Assembly (NCBI GenBank): GCA_030697705.1
Contig: JAUYPE010000006.1
Coordinates: forward strand, 4,686-68,685
Origin: a bacterium
GTDB taxonomy: Bacteria; Patescibacteriota; Minisyncoccia; Sungbacterales; HO2-52-23
DNA: 64,000 nt
Reading direction: 5' to 3'
The translations under genes and the position numbers were made by a program. The notes under the pieces were generated by a model that did no database searches, was not told the DNA's origin, and saw only the letters and a list, made by a program, of their open reading frames with translations. Position 1 is the stretch's first letter. Every line of letters starts with the position of its first letter. This document shows positions 10,188 through 19,700 of this stretch, piece by piece.

Positions 10188-10508
10188 ATGATTTTGATTC
10201 TTAAGGAAAATCCTAAACTCGCAGATATTCAGAACTATGTGCGACAAATGGAAAAGGAAAGGGGTTTTAATAGTTCCTCAAACATGCAGACCTGTTTTCA
10301 GCTGGGGGAAGAAATAGGCGAGTTGTTCAAAGCAGTCAGAAAGGCGGAAAAGATGAGAATTGACAGCAACTCGGATGTCACTTCCATTGAAGAGGAGTTG
10401 GCCGATATTTTGATCTATATTTCCGCACTAGCAAATCGCTATCATATTGATTTAGAAAAAGCGTTGCGAGAAAAGGAAGAAATAAATAAGAAAAGAGTTT
10501 GGCAATAA
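10188..10508 (+). CDS. MazG-like nucleotide pyrophosphohydrolase
   Basis: LGEEIGELFKAVRK...IEEELADILIY. Confidence 0.88.
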   Translation: MILILKENPKLADIQNYVRQMEKERGFNSSSNMQTCFQLGEEIGELFKAVRKAEKMRIDSNSDVTSIEEELADILIYISALANRYHIDLEKALREKEEINKKRVWQ

Positions 10509-10512
10509 CTTT

Positions 10513-10540
10513 ATGTTCACCAAAACAAAACTGGAGAATG
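10513..10540 (+). repeat. orphan duplicate of the first 28 nt of the M16 peptidase gene (11189..11216)
   Basis: ATGTTCACCAAAACAAAACTGGAgAAtG vs ATGTTCACCAAAACAAAACTGGAaAAcG. Confidence 0.9.
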
Positions 10541-10561
10541 ACAATACCCATGTATTCTGTC

Positions 10562-10645
10562 CGTCATCCAGAGCGTAGCGAAGGATCCCGTACGATCTCA
10601 GTATACTGAATACTAGCGGGATTCCTCGTTATACTCGGAATGACG
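10562..10645 (+). repeat. CGTC-type palindromic element copy 2 (intergenic)
   Basis: CGTCATCCAGAGCGTAGCGAAGGATCCCGT..TCAGTATACTGA..CGGGATTCCTCG..CTCGGAATGACG. Confidence 0.92.
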
Positions 10646-10713
10646 GGCGGGGGGTCAAATGGGTGAGTCCTAGACGGATTGCGGAGTAACTGATTTTTTG
10701 CTATGATCATCCC

Positions 10714-10917
10714 ATGGAAACTATTGCGGTGCTTGAAGAAACAAAGAACTATATCGTGTTGAAGGTTCCCCGAAGCATGATGCGGCGGATGGATTTTGGT
10801 GCGGAAAAGCTGTCGGAAAGGGCTACCCTGAAGATTCTGCGCGAGGGGATGAGTGAGTATCGGGCGGGGAAGACCAAGACATTACGAAGTTTGCGCGATC
10901 TACGGTATGGAAATTAA
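10714..10917 (+). CDS. putative antitoxin
   Basis: 67 aa; C-terminal EGMSEYRAGKTKTLRSL resembles RelB-like antitoxin tails; overlaps toxin start. Confidence 0.75.
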   Translation: METIAVLEETKNYIVLKVPRSMMRRMDFGAEKLSERATLKILREGMSEYRAGKTKTLRSLRDLRYGN

Positions 10918-11173
10918 AGAGATAGAGTACTCGGCACACTTCAAAAGAATGTACGGGCATCTTGGTGCTTTGACGCAGAAAAGGGCGGAACAAAGAGAAG
11001 TGTTGTTCCGGAAAGATCCTTTTGATGCAATACTGAAGACACACAAACTCCACGGTAAATTAAAAGATTTTTATTCTTTTTCAGTTGATAGAAAAACGCG
11101 CATTGTCTTTCGGTTGGTCGGCCGCGCAAAAGCGGTCTTTTTGGATGTGGGGAGTCATGATATTTATCAATAG
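10907..11173 (+). CDS. RelE/YafQ-family mRNA interferase toxin
   Basis: IEYSAHFKR...DPFDAILKTHKLHGKLKDFYSFSV...RIVF...DVGSHDIY. Confidence 0.88.
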   Translation: MEIKEIEYSAHFKRMYGHLGALTQKRAEQREVLFRKDPFDAILKTHKLHGKLKDFYSFSVDRKTRIVFRLVGRAKAVFLDVGSHDIYQ

Positions 11174-11188
11174 GTCTCGCTGAAAACT

Positions 11189-12463
11189 ATGTTCACCAAA
11201 ACAAAACTGGAAAACGGGTTGAGGATTCTTATGGCGCCCATGCAGGGGACGAATACGGTGACGATTTTGGTATTGTGCGGCACCGGCTCCGATTACGAGG
11301 TGCGGGAGCAGGGCGGGATTTCGCACTTTTTGGAACACATGTTTTTTAAGGGTACGAAAAATCGTCCCACGCCCGACGCGATTAAACACGAACTTGACGG
11401 TATGGGCTCGCTCTCCAATGCGTTTACCTCGCATGAATTGACGGGCTATCATATCAAAGCAGCGAAGACGTATTTGGATCAGTCGCTCGACCTCCTCGCG
11501 GATATTTATAAAAACTCAACACTTGCGGGCGAGGAGATAGAACGCGAGCGGCAGGTTATTATTGAGGAGTTGCACAAGGATCGTGATACGCCGACGCTGT
11601 ATATCTGGTGGGTGTGGGAGCATCTGCTCTACGGCGACCAGCCGGCAGGGCTGGATGTCATCGGCGAGGAAAAAATCATTCGCGCGCTCACGCCCGAGGA
11701 CTTCCGGAATTATTTCCACAGTCAGTATGTGGCCGAGAACACGGCGGTCGTGGTGGCGGGTAACTTTGACGAGCGCACAACACTCGCGCGTGTGGGCGAG
11801 CTTTTTGGCGATATGCGCCATGCACCACCCGTGCGGAAAAAGCCGGATGTGGCGCTCGGTCAGTCAGCGCCGCAGGCACATTGTGAGTACAAAGAAACCG
11901 ACCAGACGCATCTTGCCATAGGATTCCACGGCTACGATGCTCTGCATCCGAAGCGGTACGCGGCGGATGTGTTAGCGACCTTACTTGGTGGTTCGTGGAG
12001 CGCGCGGATGTGGGATACGATTCGCGACAAAATGGGTCTTGCCTACACGGTGTGGACGAGCCATGAGTCGTACTCAAACCGCGGATTCTTGACCACCTAT
12101 GCGGGTGTGGATCATAAAAATGTAGAGCAGACAATTCGCGCGGCGCTGGAAGAATACAAAAAAATCCGTGATGAAAAAATCCCCGCAGAAGAACTCAAGC
12201 GCGTCAAGGATTATATTCGCGGAACGACGCTCATCGGGCTTGAGGCGTCTAACGCGGTGGCGAGTTTTGTCGGCTCGGAAGAGATGCTCACGGGGAACCC
12301 CATGACAGTTGAGGAGGTTTTTGCTAAGATAGAAGCGGTAACGCCTGATGATCTGCAGGCGGTGGCACGAGAACTCTTTCGTCCTGAAAAACTGAATCTC
12401 GCCATGATCGGGCCGCAGAAGGACTCGGCTAAGTTCAACGCTCTTCTGAAAGAGTTTTCTTAA
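11189..12463 (+). CDS. M16 (insulinase) family zinc peptidase
   Basis: GISHFLEHMFFKGT inverted HxxEH motif; NAFTS; IRDKMGLAY. Confidence 0.95.
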   Translation: MFTKTKLENGLRILMAPMQGTNTVTILVLCGTGSDYEVREQGGISHFLEHMFFKGTKNRPTPDAIKHELDGMGSLSNAFTSHELTGYHIKAAKTYLDQSLDLLADIYKNSTLAGEEIERERQVIIEELHKDRDTPTLYIWWVWEHLLYGDQPAGLDVIGEEKIIRALTPEDFRNYFHSQYVAENTAVVVAGNFDERTTLARVGELFGDMRHAPPVRKKPDVALGQSAPQAHCEYKETDQTHLAIGFHGYDALHPKRYAADVLATLLGGSWSARMWDTIRDKMGLAYTVWTSHESYSNRGFLTTYAGVDHKNVEQTIRAALEEYKKIRDEKIPAEELKRVKDYIRGTTLIGLEASNAVASFVGSEEMLTGNPMTVEEVFAKIEAVTPDDLQAVARELFRPEKLNLAMIGPQKDSAKFNALLKEFS

Positions 12464-12485
12464 GAAAGGGGAGTATCGTTACGTC

Positions 12486-13529
12486 ATGACCACGTATCAT
12501 GCAAAGCATATAAGCATCTCAACCGGAACAATTATCCGATTTTTTGCCGTGGTCATCGGCATCTTCGCGATATATGCGCTTCTTGATGTGATCGTCGCTC
12601 TGCTTTTTGCCGTCATCTTCGCCTCGGCGCTGGAGCCTGCGGTGCGCTGGCTCAAAGCGTGCGGCATACCGCGAATTCTGGGAACCATTCTCCTCTATCT
12701 TGCTCTTGTGGGGCTTTTATTTCTGGCGGTTTATTTTATCGTTCCGATTCTTTTGGACAGCGTAGATGAGTTTTTTGACAGCTATGCGGATCTCCAGAGG
12801 CTCGTTTTTTCGCAAGTGCGAAGCTCCGGCTTCGTGCCTGATTCACTGCTCTCACCCAAGGACTTGCGCACCGCGCTGAATCTTCCACTTAATTATGTGA
12901 ATACATTTGGTGGGGGCGTGGTGAACTTCATCACTAATGCGTTTGGCGGTATCGTCTCGTTCACGCTTGTGGCGGTACTTTCTTTTTATCTCACCGCGCA
13001 GGAGCGCGGGATTGAGAGTTTTTTGCGGCTGATTACGCCGCTGGCGCAGGAGGAGTATGTTATTAGTCTGTGGAAACGCGCGCAGACAAAGCTCGGGCGA
13101 TGGTTTCGGGCCCAAGTACTTCTGGGCGCCATTGTGGGTATCTGCATCTTCTTCGGCCTTTCATTGCTCGGTATGCAGCAAGTGCTTCTATTCGCTCTTC
13201 TTGCCGGTTTGTTTGAGATCATTCCCGTCGTGGGTCCGATTCTCGCCGCGGTCCCCGCCGTCATCGCCGCGTTTCTGGTCTCACCGGGTCTTGGTTTTTC
13301 GGTTATTGTGCTTTATGTCATTGTTCAACAGACGGAAAGTCATATCATCGTGCCGGTGGTCATGCGCCGTGCCGTCGGTTTAAGTCCGTTGGTGGTCGTC
13401 TTGGCGCTCGTCATCGGGGCGCATTTTGGCGGTATTTTCGGTCTTTTGCTTGCGGTACCTCTGACGGCGATCATCGCCGAGTTTGTGGAGGACTGGGACA
13501 AAAAAAAGCGGGTGATCATGCCCGAGTAA
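12486..13529 (+). CDS. AI-2E family transporter
   Basis: multi-TM; IPVVGPI, VQQTESHIIVPVVM..AVGLSPL, GGIFGLLLAVP. Confidence 0.9.
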   Translation: MTTYHAKHISISTGTIIRFFAVVIGIFAIYALLDVIVALLFAVIFASALEPAVRWLKACGIPRILGTILLYLALVGLLFLAVYFIVPILLDSVDEFFDSYADLQRLVFSQVRSSGFVPDSLLSPKDLRTALNLPLNYVNTFGGGVVNFITNAFGGIVSFTLVAVLSFYLTAQERGIESFLRLITPLAQEEYVISLWKRAQTKLGRWFRAQVLLGAIVGICIFFGLSLLGMQQVLLFALLAGLFEIIPVVGPILAAVPAVIAAFLVSPGLGFSVIVLYVIVQQTESHIIVPVVMRRAVGLSPLVVVLALVIGAHFGGIFGLLLAVPLTAIIAEFVEDWDKKKRVIMPE

Positions 13530-13598
13530 CGCGCGATTTGCTCTTCTTAAGAAGTCGCTGTGAAGTTCTTTTTTTTGCATGTTCATCTCTTGATCCAC

Positions 13599-14093
13599 TC
13601 ATCCGACGAGCCACAAAGCGAGTACGAGAATTGCTCCTTGAAAGGGGATACCGATGAACGGGTAAGCGCCGAGGCGGATGTTCGTGTGCATGGTATCATG
13701 GAAGTGTTGCACTGGGCGCAAAAGCTCCGCGCGGCGCGTGTAATACACGCCTTGCAAAAAGTCCGGCAGTGCGCCACCAATAACAGCAAGAAGCACCCAT
13801 GAAAATTCACGGACGGTTGTCGGGTGGGCGAGGGCGAGCACGAGCGTGAGACCGAGGATGCCGTCGCACGCCATGTTTCGTGCATCTTTGAGAAAGTGAG
13901 TGCTGTGAAAATGCCATCGGCGCCCTTCGGCGTTCTTTGCCGCACTGATGGATGAGAGGGGGTAGTCCCAATGGGGAACGGCGTCCGAAAGATAATGTGA
14001 GGCGATAGCGATGCAAAAAATAATGATGGGGTGGGCGTGCATGAACGGCTTGGTCAGTGCTACGGCAATTGCGGCGTGGGTAGTGAGGGTCAT
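13599..14093 (-). CDS. membrane protein, metal-dependent hydrolase-like
   Basis: start MTLTTHAAIA at 14093; SHYLSDAVPHWD, ALPD, HFH motifs; TM helices. Confidence 0.75.
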   Translation of the reverse strand: MTLTTHAAIAVALTKPFMHAHPIIIFCIAIASHYLSDAVPHWDYPLSSISAAKNAEGRRWHFHSTHFLKDARNMACDGILGLTLVLALAHPTTVREFSWVLLAVIGGALPDFLQGVYYTRRAELLRPVQHFHDTMHTNIRLGAYPFIGIPFQGAILVLALWLVG

Positions 14094-14141
14094 ATATATG
14101 ATAGTATAGCGGGGACTTTTGGAAAAAGAAAGTTTTACGAC

Positions 14142-15626
14142 ATGTCTTCTATGAACGAAAAAAATAAAAAGTTTTATCTTACGACCGCCATTCCGTATGT
14201 GAACGCAAAACCACACATCGGTCACGCGCTTGAATTTGTGCAGGCGGATGTTATTGCGCGGGTGCACCGGCTTCGCGGCGAGGAGGTATGTCTGCTGTCG
14301 GGCGGGGACGAGAATGCGCTTAAAAACGTGCAGGCGGCGGAGCAGGAGGGAGCGCCCGTGCAGGAGTTTATTGACCGCAATGCGGAATCGTTTGCCGAAC
14401 TTGCCCGCCAGCTTGATGTGCAGTTTGATGTATTCCAAAAAGGGAGCGACCGCACGCACCATTTTCCTTCAAGCCAGGAGCTTTGGCGGCGATGCGCGGC
14501 GGCAGGAGATATTTATAAAAAATCATACGAGGGATTGTATTGTGTCGGTTGTGAGACGTTTTATGCCGTTGACGAATTGAACGGGAGTGGCGAGTGCTTT
14601 GAGCATCCGGGAAAAAAACTTGAACTTGTCGCCGAGGAAAATTATTTTTTCCGCCTCTCGCGATATCAAAATGAATTAATCAAGTTGATTGAGACGGACG
14701 CGCTGGCGATCATGCCGCGCCATCGCAAAAACGAAGTAACTTCTTTTTTAAAACAACCGTTGCAGGACATCAGTATTTCACGCACGAACGCACGGGCGAA
14801 AAATTGGGGCGTGCCGGTGCCGGGGGACGATACCCAGCGCATTTATGTCTGGTTTGACGCGCTCAACATCTACCAGTCCGGCGTGGGATTCGGATGGGAC
14901 GAGGAGCGATATCAAAAGTGGTGGCCGGCGGATGCGCACCTTATCGGCAAAGGAATCCTGCGTTTTCATGCGGTGTACTGGCCGGCGTTTCTCCTCTCCG
15001 CACAACTGCCGGTGCCCAAGGCGCTGTATGTGCACGGTTATATCACGATTGACGGGCAGAAAATGTCCAAGACGCTTGGCAATGGGATTGACCCTTTTGG
15101 TTTAATTGAAAAATATGGCGCGGATCCGGTGCGCTACTACCTCTTGCGCGAAATTCCCTCGGGCGAGGATGGCGACTTCAGTATTAAAAAGTTTGAGGAG
15201 CGCTATAATGGCGACTTGGCAAACGGACTGGGTAATCTCGTGGCACGCGTGGCAACGCTCGGAGAAAAGATCAGTCCTATCTCCTTAAACGATGTCTATC
15301 CAAAAGAGCAACCACGGACTAAGGTTATAGATGAAGCGTATGAAAAGAGGGTAGCGGAATTTCGTTTGAATGAAGCATTGGAATTGATTTGGGGACTTAT
15401 CTCGTTAGGAGATAAGAATATCAATGATGGAAAACCATGGGCGGTATCCGATGAAGCTGAATTACGCCGTATCATCGGCGATGCGTGCCATCTTATCAGC
15501 ACAGTATCGCGTTTGGTCGCTCCATTTATACCAGAGACGGCAAGAAAGATAAATGAACAAATCAGTGTGGGCGAAATGGAAATTATTATAAAAAGGGGTG
15601 CGAATATTTTTCCACGATTGCGATAA
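14142..15626 (+). CDS. metG: methionine--tRNA ligase
   Basis: FYLTTAIPYVNAKPHIGH, YVWFDAL, GKGILRFH, KMSKT. Confidence 0.97.
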   Translation: MSSMNEKNKKFYLTTAIPYVNAKPHIGHALEFVQADVIARVHRLRGEEVCLLSGGDENALKNVQAAEQEGAPVQEFIDRNAESFAELARQLDVQFDVFQKGSDRTHHFPSSQELWRRCAAAGDIYKKSYEGLYCVGCETFYAVDELNGSGECFEHPGKKLELVAEENYFFRLSRYQNELIKLIETDALAIMPRHRKNEVTSFLKQPLQDISISRTNARAKNWGVPVPGDDTQRIYVWFDALNIYQSGVGFGWDEERYQKWWPADAHLIGKGILRFHAVYWPAFLLSAQLPVPKALYVHGYITIDGQKMSKTLGNGIDPFGLIEKYGADPVRYYLLREIPSGEDGDFSIKKFEERYNGDLANGLGNLVARVATLGEKISPISLNDVYPKEQPRTKVIDEAYEKRVAEFRLNEALELIWGLISLGDKNINDGKPWAVSDEAELRRIIGDACHLISTVSRLVAPFIPETARKINEQISVGEMEIIIKRGANIFPRLR

Positions 15627-15630
15627 TATC

Positions 15631-16467
15631 ATGCATTCTCTCCTCTTTGATGTCCACACCCATACCCAGTTTGCCGTGTATAAAGACGATAAAGATGCGG
15701 TTATTCGCCGAGCGCTGGATACTGGTGTGTGGCTGGTGAATGTGGGGACGCAACTAGATACCTCACGCGATGCGATTGCGACGGCGCACGAATATCCGGA
15801 GGGCGTGTATGCGACGGTGGGGCTCCATCCGGTGCATACGGAAAAGTCATTTCACGATACAGAGGAATTAGGTGACGGCGCGGAGGCGAAAAGTTTTACG
15901 AGCCGCGGGGAGGCGTTTGATTACGAGTATTATAAAAAATTGGCGCAGGATGCAAAAGTGGTTGCGATAGGCGAATGCGGACTTGATTATTATCGTTTAA
16001 GTGAAGAAACAAAAAACCGCCAACTTCCGGTGTTTCTCGCGCAGATACAACTTGCGCGCGATGTTCAGAAGCCGCTCATGATTCATTGCCGGGACGCATT
16101 TGGCGATTTGATTGACGTGCTGAAAGCCGAAAAAGAAACCTTACCCGAACGGCGGGGCATTATTCATTTTTTTGCCGGGACGAAAGATGATGCCAAGGTC
16201 TTACTTGATCTTGGTTTCTCGTTCTCATTCGGTGGCGTGCTGACATTTGCGCGCGACTACGACGAGGTGGTACGCTATATTCCGCTATCGCATATCACAG
16301 TTGAGACGGACGCGCCGTATATCACACCCGTTCCCTATCGCGGCAAGCGCAACGAGCCAAGCTATATTACCGAGACGGCAAAAAAGTTGGGAGAAATAAA
16401 AGAGCTACCGTACGAGACGGTAGCCCGAGTTACGACCGAGAATGCGCGAGCGCTTTTTTCCGTGTAG
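15631..16467 (+). CDS. tatD: TatD family nuclease/hydrolase
   Basis: DVHTH, GLHP, AIGECGLDY, IHCRDA, ETDAPY, RGKRNEP. Confidence 0.95.
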   Translation: MHSLLFDVHTHTQFAVYKDDKDAVIRRALDTGVWLVNVGTQLDTSRDAIATAHEYPEGVYATVGLHPVHTEKSFHDTEELGDGAEAKSFTSRGEAFDYEYYKKLAQDAKVVAIGECGLDYYRLSEETKNRQLPVFLAQIQLARDVQKPLMIHCRDAFGDLIDVLKAEKETLPERRGIIHFFAGTKDDAKVLLDLGFSFSFGGVLTFARDYDEVVRYIPLSHITVETDAPYITPVPYRGKRNEPSYITETAKKLGEIKELPYETVARVTTENARALFSV

Positions 16468-16469
16468 CG

Positions 16470-16874
16470 CTAGCGCGTTGCGGCATGAGGACGGAAAGTG
16501 GTGCGGAGTGTCTTATGGAGCTCGTTAAGGACATCATCAACTTTGCGCATACATGTCCGAAGCGTAGTGTTTGCGAATGAGAATATTATCGCCCATTGCT
16601 CCCATTCAGGCGCTTCCGCGAGTGGCGTGCGTGACCAAATAGCGGTGCACCTGCCTCCCGGCGCAAAGAGTCGTCCCAGGTGTTTGGTAACAACCTCTCC
16701 ATCGTTCCGATGGCTTCTAAGACGAAGAGTAACTTCAGCGATGTGCCGATAATCTTGTGTCACATTTATGGTTATCGGAAAACATTTCTCGCCGAATGAG
16801 AGAGTCCCTCTCATATGATAATGGATGTCGTCCCCTATGGCGACACCCGTTACCTCTCCGAGAATCATTGTCAT
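16470..16874 (-). CDS. hypothetical protein
   Basis: 134-aa ORF filling the tatD-leuS gap; AAGGAG just upstream. Confidence 0.6.
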   Translation of the reverse strand: MTMILGEVTGVAIGDDIHYHMRGTLSFGEKCFPITINVTQDYRHIAEVTLRLRSHRNDGEVVTKHLGRLFAPGGRCTAIWSRTPLAEAPEWEQWAIIFSFANTTLRTCMRKVDDVLNELHKTLRTTFRPHAATR

Positions 16875-16957
16875 CAGGAATCTCCTTAGTGTAAAGGTAA
16901 AAATATCCAGTCAGTCTCACTAAAGTATCTAAGCAGTATTTTATCCTAATGTCAATC

Positions 16958-19600
16958 ATGCGCTACAATCCCAAAAAAATTGAAGCAAAGTGGCAGAAAA
17001 AATGGCTCGCGGAAAAAATCTACGAGCCGGATTTGACTTCTCAACGAAAAAATTCTCGACAAGATCAAACCGTAAAATTGCGCAAACCGTTTTATAATCT
17101 CATGATGTTTCCGTATCCGTCCGCGGAAGGACTCCACATCGGCGGGATGCGGACGTTTACTGGTGTGGATATATACGGGCGCATTAAACGGATGCAGGGA
17201 CATGACGTTTTTGAGCCCATCGGGCTTGATGCATTCGGTATTCACTCGGAAAACTATGCGCTCAAAACGGGGCGGCACCCGATGAAGCAAGCGGTTATTT
17301 TGAAAAAAAACTTCTACCGCCAGCTTGCCGCAATGGGCAACGGTTTTGCGTGGGATGAACGATTAGAAACGAACGATCCGGACTACTACCGCTGGACGCA
17401 GTGGATCTTTGTGCAGATGTTTCGGCACGGTCTTGCGTACCGCAAAAAACAGGCGGTGAACTGGTGTCCTTCGTGCAAAACGGTGCTTGCCGACGAGCAG
17501 GTCATCACGGGGCGGTGTGAACGGTGCGATAGTGAAGTAATGAAAAAAGAACTGGAACAGTGGTTTTTCCGCACGACAAAGTATGCCGAGCGCCTCCTCA
17601 ATAATCTTGAAAAAATTGACTGGTCGGAACGCGTGAAGATTGCGCAGAGGAATTGGATTGGGAAGTCGGATGGCGCAATAATTCGCTTTCCCCTTACCGA
17701 GATTCCCAGTCAGCCCGACGGTAAACATTTTGTTGATGTTTTTACCACGCGGCCCGATACGCTCTTCGGCGCGACCTTTCTTGTGATCTCTCCGGAGCTG
17801 GCGAAATTCTGGATGGATATCGGGTGGCGGGTGGGCGATGATGTGCGCGACTATGTAAAAACCACGCTTGCCGAGCGGGCGATACAAGCACGAGACGCAG
17901 AACCGAAAAAAACGGGCGTGTTCTCCGGCATCTATGGTATTAACCCCGCAAACCAAGAAAAAATTCCCGTCTGGATTGCGGACTATGTGCTCGCCGGATA
18001 CGGTACCGGTGCCATTATGGCGGTACCTGCACACGACGAACGCGATTTTGAGTTTGCAAAAAAGTATAATCTGCCGATAAAAATCGTTGTCTGTCCGCAC
18101 TATCCGGAGAAGACATGTCCGATTTTGGACGAGGCATACACAGGCGAGGGACACTTGGTTGGTTCAAGTGTATTTGATGGTATGACTTCAATTGCCGCGC
18201 GGGCGACTATTGTCAAACATGTCGGCGGGAAGATAACTATTCAATATCGGCTCCGCGATTGGCTGATCTCTCGTCAGCGCTATTGGGGACCGCCGATTCC
18301 GATGATCTATTGCGAGGCATGCGCACGCAATAAAAAAGGTGAGCGAAACGACACGCCCGGGTGGTATACGGTGCCGGAAAAAAATCTTCCGGTGAAACTG
18401 CCATTTATCAAAAACTTTAGACCTACTGGAACGGATCGGTCGCCACTCGCAAGCGTCGCTTCTTTTTATAAAGTTCGATGTCCGGGGTGTAAAAAAGAGG
18501 CGCGGCGCGAAACGGACGTCTCGGATACCTTTTTGGATTCCGCATGGTATTTTTTGCGCTATCCGAATGTAAAGAATAAAAAAGCCGCATGGGATGCGGC
18601 GATAACCAAAAAAATACTTCCCGTTGATTCATACATCGGCGGGGCGGAGCACTCGGTTTTACATCTCATGTACGCGCGCTTTTTGACGATGGCGTTACAT
18701 GATATTGGTGTTTTGAATTTTTCCGCCAAAGGCGGATCCGCCTCCGGCGGAGAAGAACCGTTTCCAAAATTTCGGGCGCACGGATTGATTACCAAAGACG
18801 GTGCGAAGATGTCCAAGTCAAAGGGCAATGTCGTGAGTCCCGACGAGTACATCAAAGCATACGGCGCCGATGCGGTGCGGATGTACTTGGCGTTTTTGGC
18901 TCCCTTTGAGCAGGACGGAGATTTCCGCGATACGGGCATCCGTGGTATGACGCGGTTTCTTGAGCGCGTTTGGCGGATGATGCAAAACTTCTCCAGCCGT
19001 CATCCTGAAGGAGCGAAGCGACTGAAGGATCCCGCAAAGTTACGGGATGCTTCGCCTACGGCTCAGCATGACATACAGCAGGTGCTCCATCGGACGATAA
19101 AGAAAGTTACGGAAGATATAGAGCACCTGCACTACAACACCGCCATTTCCGCGCTTATGGTTTTGCTCAATAGTTTTGAAAAACATCCGGAGGAGGTCGC
19201 GCAAGAATACGGAGGGGTATTTTTAAAGCTTCTGGCGCCATTTGCCCCGCATGTAGCGGAAGAGTTGTGGCAGCAGATGAATGCTCATACTAATGCTAAA
19301 TTAAAAATGCCAAATGATAAAAAAAAGCATTCAGCATTCAGCATTCAGTATTCAGCATTTCGTTCTGTTCATCGCGAGCCGTGGCCGAAATATAATCCAC
19401 GTTTGATCATGGAACAAACGTTTGAACTTGTCGTGCAGGTCAACGGCAAGGTCCGCGGCCGCGTATCTGTTTCTAGAGGAATAAGCGAGGCGGATGTGGT
19501 CGCCACAGCTCGCGCATTGGAGTCGGTAAAACCTTATTTAGCTGCACTGCCAAAAAAAACAATCTTTGTTCCCGATAAACTTGTAAACTTTGTCGTCTAG
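16958..19600 (+). CDS. leuS: leucine--tRNA ligase carrying several in-frame repeat inserts
   Basis: MFPYPSAEGLH, VFTTRPDTLFG, GTGAIMAVPAHDERD, DWLISRQRYWG, YIGGAEH, KMSKS, VQVNGKVR. Confidence 0.97.
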   Translation: MRYNPKKIEAKWQKKWLAEKIYEPDLTSQRKNSRQDQTVKLRKPFYNLMMFPYPSAEGLHIGGMRTFTGVDIYGRIKRMQGHDVFEPIGLDAFGIHSENYALKTGRHPMKQAVILKKNFYRQLAAMGNGFAWDERLETNDPDYYRWTQWIFVQMFRHGLAYRKKQAVNWCPSCKTVLADEQVITGRCERCDSEVMKKELEQWFFRTTKYAERLLNNLEKIDWSERVKIAQRNWIGKSDGAIIRFPLTEIPSQPDGKHFVDVFTTRPDTLFGATFLVISPELAKFWMDIGWRVGDDVRDYVKTTLAERAIQARDAEPKKTGVFSGIYGINPANQEKIPVWIADYVLAGYGTGAIMAVPAHDERDFEFAKKYNLPIKIVVCPHYPEKTCPILDEAYTGEGHLVGSSVFDGMTSIAARATIVKHVGGKITIQYRLRDWLISRQRYWGPPIPMIYCEACARNKKGERNDTPGWYTVPEKNLPVKLPFIKNFRPTGTDRSPLASVASFYKVRCPGCKKEARRETDVSDTFLDSAWYFLRYPNVKNKKAAWDAAITKKILPVDSYIGGAEHSVLHLMYARFLTMALHDIGVLNFSAKGGSASGGEEPFPKFRAHGLITKDGAKMSKSKGNVVSPDEYIKAYGADAVRMYLAFLAPFEQDGDFRDTGIRGMTRFLERVWRMMQNFSSRHPEGAKRLKDPAKLRDASPTAQHDIQQVLHRTIKKVTEDIEHLHYNTAISALMVLLNSFEKHPEEVAQEYGGVFLKLLAPFAPHVAEELWQQMNAHTNAKLKMPNDKKKHSAFSIQYSAFRSVHREPWPKYNPRLIMEQTFELVVQVNGKVRGRVSVSRGISEADVVATARALESVKPYLAALPKKTIFVPDKLVNFVV
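18722..18751 (+). repeat. 30-bp double hairpin (TCCGCC-nnn-GGCGGA)x2, in frame in leuS
   Basis: TCCGCCaaaGGCGGA TCCGCCtccGGCGGA encodes SAKGGSASGG. Confidence 0.85.
18998..19073 (+). repeat. CGTC-type palindromic element copy 3 (in frame in leuS)
   Basis: CGTCATCCTGAAGG..GAAGGATCCCG..ACGGGATGCTTCG..CTCAGCATGAC. Confidence 0.88.
19292..19359 (+). repeat. head-to-head heptamer arrays in frame in leuS
   Basis: aatgcta aattaaa aatgcca aatgata ... aagcatt cagcatt cagcatt cagtatt cagcatt. Confidence 0.75.
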
Positions 19601-19700
19601 CGGTCGGTCGGATATTTTTTACAAGGTCGCTTTGGACTTCGTCCGTAAGCGGTTTTTATGCGATACTCTTGGCGTGGATCCGGCGTTTCATTTCCATACT

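Noticed and set aside
17036-17088. Possible fourth repeat-derived insert near the LeuRS N-terminus
   Set aside because: It looks like extra sequence, but has no clear palindrome or second copy.
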